This document shows positions 6,934 to 15,533 of a stretch of 36,018 nt of DNA, piece by piece. This DNA is from Minisyncoccota bacterium. GTDB taxonomy: Bacteria > Patescibacteriota > Minisyncoccia > Phycocordibacterales > JAACPR01. How positions within the stretch are numbered: the first letter of the stretch is position 1; every line of letters begins with the position of its first letter. The notes beneath the pieces are model-generated. The model was not told where the DNA came from. It was given only the letters and a program-made list of their open reading frames with translations, and did not search any database. The stretch spans positions 1-36,018 of the forward strand of contig JAGOTN010000001.1 in the NCBI GenBank assembly GCA_018061745.1. Direction: 5' to 3'. The position numbers and the translations under genes are program-made.

Positions 6934-7032
6934 CTATTAGCCATAATAGCATTTTTTGTTAAAATGTATTTATAAATTAACTACCATGATTTAACTCTGC
7001 GACAGCCAAATTATTTAACTAACATTACTTTT

Positions 7033-8205
7033 ATGAAAGATATTGAAATTGCAGATTTAATAAAGAAAGAAAACGAGAGACAAAAGAGTGTAATAAATTT
7101 AATTGCTTCAGAAAATTATGTTTCAGAGGATGTTCTAGAAGCACTTGGTTCAAAATTTAATAACAAATATGCAGAAGGATATCCGAATGCTAGATACTAC
7201 GGTGGAAATGAAGTTGTAGATGAAGTTGAATTACTAACACAAAGTCGTGCACTAAAAACTTTTGGATTAAATGAAAATGATTGGGCTGTGAATGTGCAAG
7301 CGCTTTCTGGTTCACCTGCAAACTTGGCAGTTTATTTTGCACTTGTTTCAAAAGGAGGAAAAATTATGGGAATGCGATTGGATCACGGAGGACATTTAAC
7401 TCACGGACACAAAGTTTCTGCGACAGGGGGTTTTTATGAATCAATTCAATACGGAGTTGATAAAGAAACTGAACTTTTAAATTTTGAAGAAATAGAAAAA
7501 ATTGCAGTTGAAGCGAAGCCTGAAATTATTGTTGCGGGATTTACCGCTTATCCAAGAATGATTGATTGGAAAAAGTTTAGAGCTATTGCAGATAAAGTTG
7601 GTGCTTATTTAATGGTGGATATGTCTCATATTTCAGGACTTGTTGCTGGAGGAGTTTATGAATCTCCGTTTCCTTATGCAGACATTGTCACAACAACAAC
7701 TCACAAAACTTTACGAGGTCCTCGAAGTGCTTTAATTTTTGCAAAAAAAGATGACAGAAAATTGAACGAAAAAATAAACAAAGCAGTTTTTCCAGGTCTT
7801 CAAGGTGGTCCGCATATGAATCAAATTGCGGGAGTCGCGGTTGCTTTAAAAGAAGCGAGTACAGATGAGTTTAAAAAATATGCAGAGCAAGTTGTGAAGA
7901 ATGCAAAAACACTTGCAGATACTTTGAGTGAATTGGGTTGGAGAATTGTTTCTGGTGGGACTGATTCACATTTAATTTTAGTTGATACTTGGATGGATGG
8001 AAAAGGAATTTCTGGAAAAGAAGCGAGTGATCGATTAGAGAAAGAGGGAATTATTGTGAACAAGAATACAATCCCAAATGACACTCGAAGTCCTTCTGAT
8101 CCATCTGGAATTCGACTTGGAACTCCTGCTGAAACTACAAACGGAAAAAACGAAAAAGATTTTGAAGAAATTGCAAAACGAATTGATGAGATTTTGCGAA
8201 AATAA
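7033..8205 (+). CDS. glyA: Serine hydroxymethyltransferase
   Basis: The blocks LIASENYVS, YAEGYPNARYYGG and SGSPANLAVY are present, along with the PLP-lysine block TTTTHKTLRGPR. Confidence 0.95.
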   Translation: MKDIEIADLIKKENERQKSVINLIASENYVSEDVLEALGSKFNNKYAEGYPNARYYGGNEVVDEVELLTQSRALKTFGLNENDWAVNVQALSGSPANLAVYFALVSKGGKIMGMRLDHGGHLTHGHKVSATGGFYESIQYGVDKETELLNFEEIEKIAVEAKPEIIVAGFTAYPRMIDWKKFRAIADKVGAYLMVDMSHISGLVAGGVYESPFPYADIVTTTTHKTLRGPRSALIFAKKDDRKLNEKINKAVFPGLQGGPHMNQIAGVAVALKEASTDEFKKYAEQVVKNAKTLADTLSELGWRIVSGGTDSHLILVDTWMDGKGISGKEASDRLEKEGIIVNKNTIPNDTRSPSDPSGIRLGTPAETTNGKNEKDFEEIAKRIDEILRK

Positions 8206-8207
8206 AT

Positions 8208-8630
8208 ATGCAAATTAAATTCAAAAAATTAAATGAAAATGCGATTGCTCCAAAATACGCATACAAATTTGATGCGGGCATGGATTTATTTTGTTTAGAA
8301 GATGTTTCAATTGCACCAAATGAAAGAGTTCAGATTTCAACTGGAATTGCTATGGAAATCCCAGAAAAATATGTAGGTTTGATTTGGGATAAAAGTGGTT
8401 TGTCTCATAAGTCAGGATTGAAAACTGTTGGCGGTGTTGTAGATTCCCAGTATCGTGGAGAAATAAAAGTTGGAATGATAAATTTGAGTGGTGATGTTTT
8501 TAAATTTGAAGCGGGACAAAAAATCGCACAAATGTTAATTCAAAAAGTAAAACAAATTGATTTAATAGAATCTGCCGAGCTTTCAGACACCGACCGCGGG
8601 GAAGGGGGGTTTGGAAGCACTGGAAAATAA
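8208..8630 (+). CDS. dut: dUTP diphosphatase (dUTPase)
   Basis: AGMDL, VVDSQYRGEI and the C-terminal RGEGGFGSTG motif are present. The length is 140 aa. Confidence 0.95.
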   Translation: MQIKFKKLNENAIAPKYAYKFDAGMDLFCLEDVSIAPNERVQISTGIAMEIPEKYVGLIWDKSGLSHKSGLKTVGGVVDSQYRGEIKVGMINLSGDVFKFEAGQKIAQMLIQKVKQIDLIESAELSDTDRGEGGFGSTGK

Positions 8631-8639
8631 ATTTAAAAA

Positions 8640-9335
8640 ATGGAAACAAAAAATAAAAGAGGAAAATTTATTGTGATAGATGGAACCGATGGTTCAGGAA
8701 AAGGTACGCAAACAGAATTACTGGTTGCTGCACTTAAAGATCAGGGAGTTAAAGTTGTTGTTACTGATTTTCCTCAATACGGAAAACCTTCTGCTATTTT
8801 TGTTGAAAAATATTTAAGAGGTGAATATGGAAGCGCGGATGAAGTTGGTGCAAAAAGAGCTTCGCTTTTTTATGCTCTGGATAGATTTGATGAATCTAAA
8901 CAGATGAAACAATGGTTGGATGAAGGATTTTGTATTGTGAGTAATAGGTATGTTTCTGCAAATATGGGACATCAGACTGGAAAAATAAAAGATCCAGTTG
9001 AACGAGATAAATTTTTAGATTGGCTGAATGAATTGGAATTTGAAATTTTTGAAATTCCAAAACCAGATGAAGTTATTTTTCTATATGTTCCACCTGAAGT
9101 TGGGCAAAAACTTGTTGATGAAAAATCTGCTAGAGAATATACAAAAGGCGCAAAAAGAGACATTCACGAGGCTGATTTGAATCATTTAAAAAATGCATCA
9201 GAAGCATATAAATATGTTGCAGAGAAATTTAATTGGAAAACAGTGATCTGTGCTCCAAATGGTGAGATGATGAGTAGAGAGGAGATTCATAAAATTATTT
9301 TAGAAATCTCAAAAAAGATAATTGAAATAAATTAG
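8640..9335 (+). CDS. tmk: Thymidylate (dTMP) kinase, eukaryote/archaeal-like type
   Basis: The P-loop is FIVIDGTDGSGKGTQ, followed by DFPQYGKPSA...YLRG and SNRYVSANMGHQ. Confidence 0.85.
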   Translation: METKNKRGKFIVIDGTDGSGKGTQTELLVAALKDQGVKVVVTDFPQYGKPSAIFVEKYLRGEYGSADEVGAKRASLFYALDRFDESKQMKQWLDEGFCIVSNRYVSANMGHQTGKIKDPVERDKFLDWLNELEFEIFEIPKPDEVIFLYVPPEVGQKLVDEKSAREYTKGAKRDIHEADLNHLKNASEAYKYVAEKFNWKTVICAPNGEMMSREEIHKIILEISKKIIEIN

Positions 9336-9358
9336 AATGCTGTTAGACTAACAAAATC

Positions 9359-11074
9359 ATGCAAGAGAAAATTAAAGAAGTAATAAATGGAATCATAACA
9401 GGGTCAGGGCTTCCTAGTGTTGATTTTATTGTGGAACATCCTGTGGACCTTGCAAATGGTGATTATTCTTCAAACGTAGCAATGGTGCTTGGAAAAAAAC
9501 TTGCTAGAAATCCTGTTGAAATTGCAAATGAAATGGTGAATGGTTTAAACGAGAGTTTTGAATTTGAAGTTGGAAAAGTTGAAGTTGCAGGACCTGGTTT
9601 TATAAATTTTCATCTTTCTAATAAATTTTTTGAAGAAACAGTTCATGATGTAATCAATCAAGGAAAAAATTATGGACGAAATAATCGTTTGAATAGTCAA
9701 AAAACAATTATTGAATTTACAGATCCTAATCCTTTTAAAGTTCTGCACATTGGGCACATGATGAGTAATTTTATTGGAGAAGCACTTTGTAAAATTTCTG
9801 AATGGAATGGCGCAGAAGTGAAGAGAGCAATTTATCAAGGAGATATTGGATTGCATGTTGCGAAAGCTGTTTGGGGAATGATTCAAAATCGTGCAGGGTT
9901 TCCTCACGATGAAGATTCTTTGGAAATAAAAATTCGATTTCTTTCAAACGCATATTCTTTTGGTTCGCATGAATATGAATCTGATAATCAAGCAAAAAAA
10001 GAAATTGATGTTACAAACAAAATGCTTTTTGATAGATCAAATCATGAACTTAATATTTATTATGAAAAGGGAAGAAAATGGAGCATGGAAGCTTTTGAAA
10101 TAATTTATAAAAGACTTGGAACAAAATTCGATTTCTATTTTCTTGAAAGTGATACAGGAGTTTTTGGAAAAGAGGTTGTTGAGAAAAATATTTCAACTGG
10201 AATTTTTGAAGTGAGTGAAGGCGCTGTTGTTTATAAAGCTGAAAAACATGGTCTACATACTCGTGTATTTATAAACTCTCAAGGACTTCCAACTTATGAA
10301 GCAAAGGAACTTGGTTTAGCTAAAACAAAAGCTGAAAAATATGGATATGATCGTTCTATTGTGATAACTGCGAATGAACAAGATCATTATTTCAAAGTTA
10401 TTTTAAAAGCACTTGAGGAAGTTTTTCCAGATTTAGCTGCAAAGACAACTCACATGTCTCACGGAATGTTGAGACTTCCAACTGGAAAAATGAGTTCTAG
10501 AACAGGAGATGTTATTTCTGCGGAAAGTTTAATTGACGACACTCGTGGAAAAGTTTTAGAAAAAATTGAAGGAAGAGAATATGAAGAGGGAGTTAAGGAA
10601 CAGGTTTTGGAAAGAGTTGCTTTGGCTTCAATTAAATATTCAATTTTAAAACAAGCGATTGGTAAGGATATTATTTTTGATTTTGATAAGTCACTTTCTT
10701 TTGAAGGAGATTCAGGTCCTTATCTTCAATACACAACGGTGCGTGCGTCTTCACTTTTGAAAAAAGCTGAAACAGAAGGTTTAGGTCTTGTTGGTGGAGT
10801 TCAACCAGAAAATTGGGAAATAAAAAATGTTGAGAAAATTTTAAATCGTTTTCCTGAAGTTGTCGCAGAAGCATACGACGAACTTGCTCCACAGAAATTA
10901 GTTACTTACTTAACAGAATTAGCGAGTGAGTTTAATACTTTCTATAATTCAGAACAAATTATTGAAAAAGAAAATATAGGAACTTCTTACAAAGTGGGAA
11001 TCACTCAAGCTGTGTTTAATATTTTAGAAAACGGTTTAGGAATTTTAGGAATTGAATTGCCGGAGAGGATGTAG
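9359..11074 (+). CDS. argS: Arginyl-tRNA synthetase
   Basis: The N-terminal Arg-tRNA add-1 domain is present (GPGFINFHL), with the class I HIGH motif (LHIGHMMSN), an MSSRTG (KMSK-like) motif and a C-terminal DALR anticodon-binding region. Confidence 0.95.
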   Translation: MQEKIKEVINGIITGSGLPSVDFIVEHPVDLANGDYSSNVAMVLGKKLARNPVEIANEMVNGLNESFEFEVGKVEVAGPGFINFHLSNKFFEETVHDVINQGKNYGRNNRLNSQKTIIEFTDPNPFKVLHIGHMMSNFIGEALCKISEWNGAEVKRAIYQGDIGLHVAKAVWGMIQNRAGFPHDEDSLEIKIRFLSNAYSFGSHEYESDNQAKKEIDVTNKMLFDRSNHELNIYYEKGRKWSMEAFEIIYKRLGTKFDFYFLESDTGVFGKEVVEKNISTGIFEVSEGAVVYKAEKHGLHTRVFINSQGLPTYEAKELGLAKTKAEKYGYDRSIVITANEQDHYFKVILKALEEVFPDLAAKTTHMSHGMLRLPTGKMSSRTGDVISAESLIDDTRGKVLEKIEGREYEEGVKEQVLERVALASIKYSILKQAIGKDIIFDFDKSLSFEGDSGPYLQYTTVRASSLLKKAETEGLGLVGGVQPENWEIKNVEKILNRFPEVVAEAYDELAPQKLVTYLTELASEFNTFYNSEQIIEKENIGTSYKVGITQAVFNILENGLGILGIELPERM

Positions 11075-11093
11075 AGGGGTGTAATTCACATAG

Positions 11094-11122
11094 TTGACTT
11101 AATGTGCTTTTAGTTGTATTTT
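11094..11122 (+). promoter_or_regulatory. Promoter of small ORF 11135, giving a near-leaderless transcript
   Basis: TTGACT (11094-11099), a 17-nt spacer, then TATTTT (11117-11122). The ATG lies 12 nt after the -10, with no SD. Confidence 0.5.
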
Positions 11123-11134
11123 TGTTTTTGAATT

Positions 11135-11515
11135 ATGAAAATATTTGACAACAAATTAAACAGCGTCTTCGTCAAAAAAAATGACGATGGCAGGATTGCA
11201 TTTACTTGCAAGCAAATGGACGGTTCGTGGGTCGAAATGATTTGCGGATTAAAAAGTGGGGATATTGATTTTACTTCTCACGGTCAGGATCATAAACCGG
11301 AAGGTGAATCATCTGCTGATATTTTCAGAAATGATCATTTGAAAGAATCTGAGTTCGTTCGAAACATAACGAAAGCCACCAGAACTTTTATTCGGGAATG
11401 TGTCACAGATTCTATTTTAGCAGTGTTCCTGCTGGAAGAATTTGGGTACAGGCTCGAAGAACCTTCAGAGGAGTCTTTTGGGTATTGTGACCCTGTTTCT
11501 CCTTGTGGGAAATAG
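11135..11515 (+). CDS. Hypothetical acidic protein (126 aa)
   Basis: A clean ORF with its own promoter and a strong GC-rich terminator. It looks GC-richer than the flanking tRNA-synthetase genes. Confidence 0.55.
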   Translation: MKIFDNKLNSVFVKKNDDGRIAFTCKQMDGSWVEMICGLKSGDIDFTSHGQDHKPEGESSADIFRNDHLKESEFVRNITKATRTFIRECVTDSILAVFLLEEFGYRLEEPSEESFGYCDPVSPCGK

Positions 11516-11527
11516 ATAGACTTTCAA

Positions 11528-11556
11528 AGCGCGCCCTGCAAGGGCGCGCTTTTTTC
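11528..11556 (+). terminator. Intrinsic terminator
   Basis: The 9-bp stem agcgcgccc/gggcgcgct is followed by TTTTTT. Confidence 0.85.
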
Positions 11557-11557
11557 T

Positions 11558-11586
11558 TTGACAAACACACATTTTAAATGTATTTT
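11558..11586 (+). promoter_or_regulatory. Promoter of small ORF 11595 (leaderless geometry)
   Basis: TTGACA (11558-11563), a 17-nt spacer, then TATTTT (11581-11586). The ATG lies 8 nt after the -10, with no SD. Confidence 0.5.
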
Positions 11587-11594
11587 GTTTTTAA

Positions 11595-11945
11595 ATGAGT
11601 TCACCAAATTCCACTTTTATACCAGCTGTTGTTGGAAAAGATCAAATCCAAAAAGTCTTTATTTCCAAAGAGCCAGAAAAAACCACAGTCTCTTTTTTGA
11701 GACACGATAACAATTGGGTTGTTTGTGAGTATTACAATGCTCGTAGCAAAAGATTTGTTATGTATGTTGAAAAAAACGATGAGTTTTTTCAACCAGAAGG
11801 AACCAATGTCCAGGACTTTGTAAACCTCGATGAGTTGAAGGACATCGTTGAAGAATTGGAATGTTTCCAAGAATCAATTCAATTCCTAAAAAATCCTCTC
11901 AACAAGTGTTTTGAAGCCTATTTGTCGGCACACTTGCCGGAGTAA
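11595..11945 (+). CDS. Hypothetical acidic protein (116 aa)
   Basis: A clean ORF with its own promoter and terminator. The N-terminal pattern VFISKEPEKTTVSFLRHDNNWVV resembles VFVKKNDDGRIAFTCKQMDGSWVE in the preceding ORF. Confidence 0.55.
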   Translation: MSSPNSTFIPAVVGKDQIQKVFISKEPEKTTVSFLRHDNNWVVCEYYNARSKRFVMYVEKNDEFFQPEGTNVQDFVNLDELKDIVEELECFQESIQFLKNPLNKCFEAYLSAHLPE

Positions 11946-11966
11946 AATCAAAACAAAATTAAAACC

Positions 11967-11995
11967 ACTCGCATTCGTGCGAGTTTTTCTTTTTA
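11967..11995 (+). terminator. Intrinsic terminator with a UUCG tetraloop
   Basis: The 7-bp stem actcgca/tgcgagt has loop ttcg and is followed by TTTTCTTTTT. Confidence 0.8.
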
Positions 11996-12004
11996 AACCA
12001 TCAA

Positions 12005-12033
12005 TTGAAACAAAGCCCTAAATATCGTATGCT
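12005..12033 (+). promoter_or_regulatory. Candidate promoter of ileS (leaderless geometry)
   Basis: TTGAAA (12005-12010), a 17-nt spacer, then TATGCT (12028-12033). ATG 12041 lies 7 nt after the -10. Confidence 0.45.
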
Positions 12034-12040
12034 GTATTTT

Positions 12041-15000
12041 ATGACAAATGAAGCAGGGGAAGACAATAAGAGTCAAGTTGCTTTGAAAGAAGAGCAAATA
12101 TTAGACTTTTGGAATCAAAATAAAATTTTCGAGAAATCTGTTGAAAGAGAGACTAAAAAAGGTGATTTCCTTTTTTATGATGGGCCACCATTTGCAACAG
12201 GACTTCCTCATTATGGGCACATTCTTGCTGGAACAATAAAAGACATAATTCCTCGTTATAAAACTATGAATGGACATAGAGTTGTTCGTCGATGGGGTTG
12301 GGATACTCACGGGCTTCCAATTGAAAACTTAATTCAAAAAGAAAATAATCTTAAAACAAAACATGATGTAGAAAAATTTGGAATTAAAAATTTCAATGAA
12401 GCTGCACGAGCAAATGTTTTTCGTTATCTAGATGAATGGAAAAAAATAATTCCACGAACTGGGCGTTGGGTAGATTTTGAAGACAATTACATAACAATGG
12501 ATTCAAAATATATGCAGTCTGTTTGGTGGATGTGGAAGACTTTATATAAAAAAGGTTTAGCCTATGAAGGATTCAAGACGATGCACATTTCTCCTTTGCT
12601 TGAGACAGCGCTTTCAAACTTTGAAGTAAATCAAGCATATAAAGATATTACTGATATTTCTGCAACAGTTAAATTTGAACTAGTAGATGAAAAGGGAACT
12701 TTTGTTTTGGCTTGGACAACAACTCCTTGGACGCTTCCTGGAAACGTTGCTTTAGCGATAAATAAAAATGTTGAATATGTAAAAGTAAAATTTGAGGAAT
12801 CATTTTATATTGTTGCAAAAGATTTAGCTGAAAAAGTTTTTGGAGAAAAAGAACATCAAATTATTTCTGAAGTTTCTACTGAAGAATTAGTGGGGAAGAA
12901 ATACACTCCTCCTTTTGATTATTATGTTAATGATACTAATTTAGAAAATCGTGAAAACGGTTGGAAAATTTATAATGGAGATTTTGTTACAACAGAAGAT
13001 GGAACTGGAGTTGTTCATATTGCTCCAGCTTTTGGTGAAGACGATTTAAATTTGGGTAAAGAAAATAATTTACCTTTTGTTCAACATGTAAAAATTGACG
13101 GAACAATCAAACCAGAAGCAAAAGATTTTGCAGGTCTTCAAGCAAAACCAAAAGAAGATCCAACTCAAACCGATGTTGAATTTATTAAAGCACTCGCACA
13201 CAAAGGACTTCTTTTTGATAAGAAAAAATATACTCACTCATATCCACATTGTTGGAGAACGGACGCACCACTTTTGAATTACGCGATGTCTTCTTGGTAT
13301 ATAAAAGTTACAGACATTAAAGATAAAATTGTTAAAGAAAATGAAAAAGTAAATTGGGTTCCTGATTTTGTTGGAAGTAATCGTTTTGGTAATTGGTTGA
13401 AAGATGCAAAAGACTGGTCTGTTTCTCGTGCTCGATATTGGGGAACTCCTATTCCAATTTGGAAATCTGAAGACGAAACAGAAATCGCCGTAATCGAATC
13501 AATTTCAGAATTGAGAGAAAAAACAAAAAGCTCAAATACTTTTGTAATAATGCGTCATGGTGAAGCCGATCATAATCTAGAAAACAGAATTTCTGATAGT
13601 AATAATTCTCCAAGTCATTTAACTCAAAGAGGAAAAGATGATGTGGCTCGGGTAGGGGAGAAATTTGCAGATGAAAAATTTGATGCAATTTATTGTTCTC
13701 CACTTTTTAGAACAAAAGAAACTGCAGAAATTGTTGCAGAGAAAATTGGTTTTCCAAAAGAAAATATTATTGAAGATGAAAGATTGAGAGAGGTTCAGAC
13801 TGGTTTTGATGGTCGTCCAATTACAGATTACAGAAGTTATTTTTCATCAAATTCTGAAAAATATGATAAAGCCGCGCCAACAGGTGAGAGTCTTTTGGAT
13901 TTGAAAAAAAGAGCTGGAAATTTTTTGAAAGAAATTGATTCTCAGAATGAAGGAAAAAGAATTTTAGTTATTACACATGAATACACAACATGGTTGATGT
14001 TCTCTGCGAACGAAGGTTTTGATAAAAAAGAAACCATCGAAATAAAAGAAGATAAAGAAGAATTTATCGAGACAGGAAAAACTTTGGAAATAATTCCAAG
14101 CAGACTTCCTGTAAATGATAATTTTGAAATTGATTTACACCGACCATATATCGATGATGTGACTTTTGTTCAAAACGGAAAAATAATGAAAAGAATCCCA
14201 GATGTTTTTGATGGATGGATTGATTCTGGTTCAGTTCCTTTTGCTTCAAATTTTTATCCTGCAAACAAAGAAAGATTTAATCCTGAATCTGGTTTGTTTA
14301 AAAAAACAATAAACTACCCAGCTGACTTTATTGCTGAAGGTTTGGATCAAACTCGAGGATGGTTTTATTCTTTAATTGTTTTGAACACAGCTTTATTTGG
14401 GCATACACCATATAAAAACGTAATAGTTAATGGGCTTGTTTTAGCCGAAGACGGAAGAAAGATGTCTAAAAGTTTAAATAATTATCCAGACATCAATATT
14501 ATTTTTGATAAATATGGTGCGGATGCAATGAGATATTTCTTGGTATCTTCACAAGCTGTAAAATCAGAAGATTTATTATTTTCAGAAAAAGGAGTTGATG
14601 AAGTTTCTAAAAAACTAATTGCCAGACTAAACAATGTTGTTTCATTTTATGAAATGTACAAAGGTGTTTTAGGAGATGTGTCTGTAAAAGAAAGTTCAAA
14701 TGTTTTGGACAAATGGATTCTTGCCAGACTTTCTGAATTGGAAAAACAAATTACCAAATCGCTCGATGCTTATGAGATTGATAAAGCCTCGAGACCTATC
14801 ATGGATTTTGTTGATGATTTATCAACTTGGTATATTCGTCGTTCTCGAGATCGCTTCAAAAACGAGGAAGATGAAGATGCGAAATCTGCAGCAGCAACAA
14901 CAAAATTTGTTTTGAAAAACTTGGCAAAATTGATGGCGCCATTCACTCCGTTTATCGCTGAAGATATTTATCTAAAAGTTCGAGACGAAAATGAATCGGA

Positions 15001-15532
15001 AAGTGTACACCTAGAATCATGGCCGAACCTAAAAAATCTAGATGAAAAAATTATTTCTGAAATGCAAACACTTCGAGAAACAGTAACTCGAGCTCTTGAA
15101 GAGAGAACAAAGGTTGGAATTAAAGTTCGACAACCGCTTGCTTCTGTAACAATTAAAAAACAAGAATTAAAAAGCAAAAATGATTTGTTGGATATTTTGA
15201 AAGACGAATTAAATGTTAAAGAGGTTATGTTTTCTGAAACTCAAGAAGTTGAAATTGTTTTAGATACAAAAATAACTGAAGAATTAAGACTAGAAGGGAA
15301 TGCTCGAGAATTAATTCGTTTTATTCAACAACTTCGAAAAACTTCGGGATTGCAACCAAGTGACGAAATAAAAGCCACCGTTTCAAAGTCTGCAGAAGTT
15401 GAAGTTGGAAGTTTTGTAGATGAAATTAAAAAATCAGTTCGAGCTACACAATTTGCTTTTGAAGAAAACGACGGAGAGTCTTTGCAGATCGGTGAAGTTT
15501 CAATAAATGTAAAAATCAAAAAGATTTCATAA
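12041..15532 (+). CDS. ileS: Isoleucyl-tRNA synthetase (type 2 / eukaryote-like) with an inserted histidine-phosphatase domain
   Basis: Class I HIGH (GLPHYGHIL), the CP1 editing region (TTTPWTLPGN), WSVSRARYWGTPIPIW, KMSKS (GRKMSKSLNNYPD) and the anticodon-binding region are all present. The start is taken at ATG 12041 (MTNEAG...) rather than the track's TTG at 12005, which coincides with the -35 box. Confidence 0.92.
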   Translation: MTNEAGEDNKSQVALKEEQILDFWNQNKIFEKSVERETKKGDFLFYDGPPFATGLPHYGHILAGTIKDIIPRYKTMNGHRVVRRWGWDTHGLPIENLIQKENNLKTKHDVEKFGIKNFNEAARANVFRYLDEWKKIIPRTGRWVDFEDNYITMDSKYMQSVWWMWKTLYKKGLAYEGFKTMHISPLLETALSNFEVNQAYKDITDISATVKFELVDEKGTFVLAWTTTPWTLPGNVALAINKNVEYVKVKFEESFYIVAKDLAEKVFGEKEHQIISEVSTEELVGKKYTPPFDYYVNDTNLENRENGWKIYNGDFVTTEDGTGVVHIAPAFGEDDLNLGKENNLPFVQHVKIDGTIKPEAKDFAGLQAKPKEDPTQTDVEFIKALAHKGLLFDKKKYTHSYPHCWRTDAPLLNYAMSSWYIKVTDIKDKIVKENEKVNWVPDFVGSNRFGNWLKDAKDWSVSRARYWGTPIPIWKSEDETEIAVIESISELREKTKSSNTFVIMRHGEADHNLENRISDSNNSPSHLTQRGKDDVARVGEKFADEKFDAIYCSPLFRTKETAEIVAEKIGFPKENIIEDERLREVQTGFDGRPITDYRSYFSSNSEKYDKAAPTGESLLDLKKRAGNFLKEIDSQNEGKRILVITHEYTTWLMFSANEGFDKKETIEIKEDKEEFIETGKTLEIIPSRLPVNDNFEIDLHRPYIDDVTFVQNGKIMKRIPDVFDGWIDSGSVPFASNFYPANKERFNPESGLFKKTINYPADFIAEGLDQTRGWFYSLIVLNTALFGHTPYKNVIVNGLVLAEDGRKMSKSLNNYPDINIIFDKYGADAMRYFLVSSQAVKSEDLLFSEKGVDEVSKKLIARLNNVVSFYEMYKGVLGDVSVKESSNVLDKWILARLSELEKQITKSLDAYEIDKASRPIMDFVDDLSTWYIRRSRDRFKNEEDEDAKSAAATTKFVLKNLAKLMAPFTPFIAEDIYLKVRDENESESVHLESWPNLKNLDEKIISEMQTLRETVTRALEERTKVGIKVRQPLASVTIKKQELKSKNDLLDILKDELNVKEVMFSETQEVEIVLDTKITEELRLEGNARELIRFIQQLRKTSGLQPSDEIKATVSKSAEVEVGSFVDEIKKSVRATQFAFEENDGESLQIGEVSINVKIKKIS
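13532..14110 (+). other. Histidine phosphatase (phosphoglycerate-mutase-like, RHG) domain inserted in-frame within ileS
   Basis: The motifs are FVIMRHGEADHN (catalytic RHG, Arg codon 13553-13555), LTQRGKDD, YCSPLFRTKETA, ERLREVQTGFDGRP and ILVITHEY (second His). It lies between the IleRS blocks GTPIPIW...ISELREK and DLHRPYIDD (D at 14132). Confidence 0.8.
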
Positions 15533-15533
15533 C

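Noticed and set aside
12005-12040. Upstream-extended starts proposed by the ORF track: TTG at 12005 (ileS), 19451 (AI-2E permease), 23714 (rpsF), 24831 (rpsR), 33835 (LTD protein) and 35071 (wHTH protein), and ATG at 26575 (efp)
   Set aside because: In each case an internal ATG gives an N-terminus matching the family, and the extension adds non-conserved residues. For ileS, the TTG is itself the -35 box of the candidate promoter.
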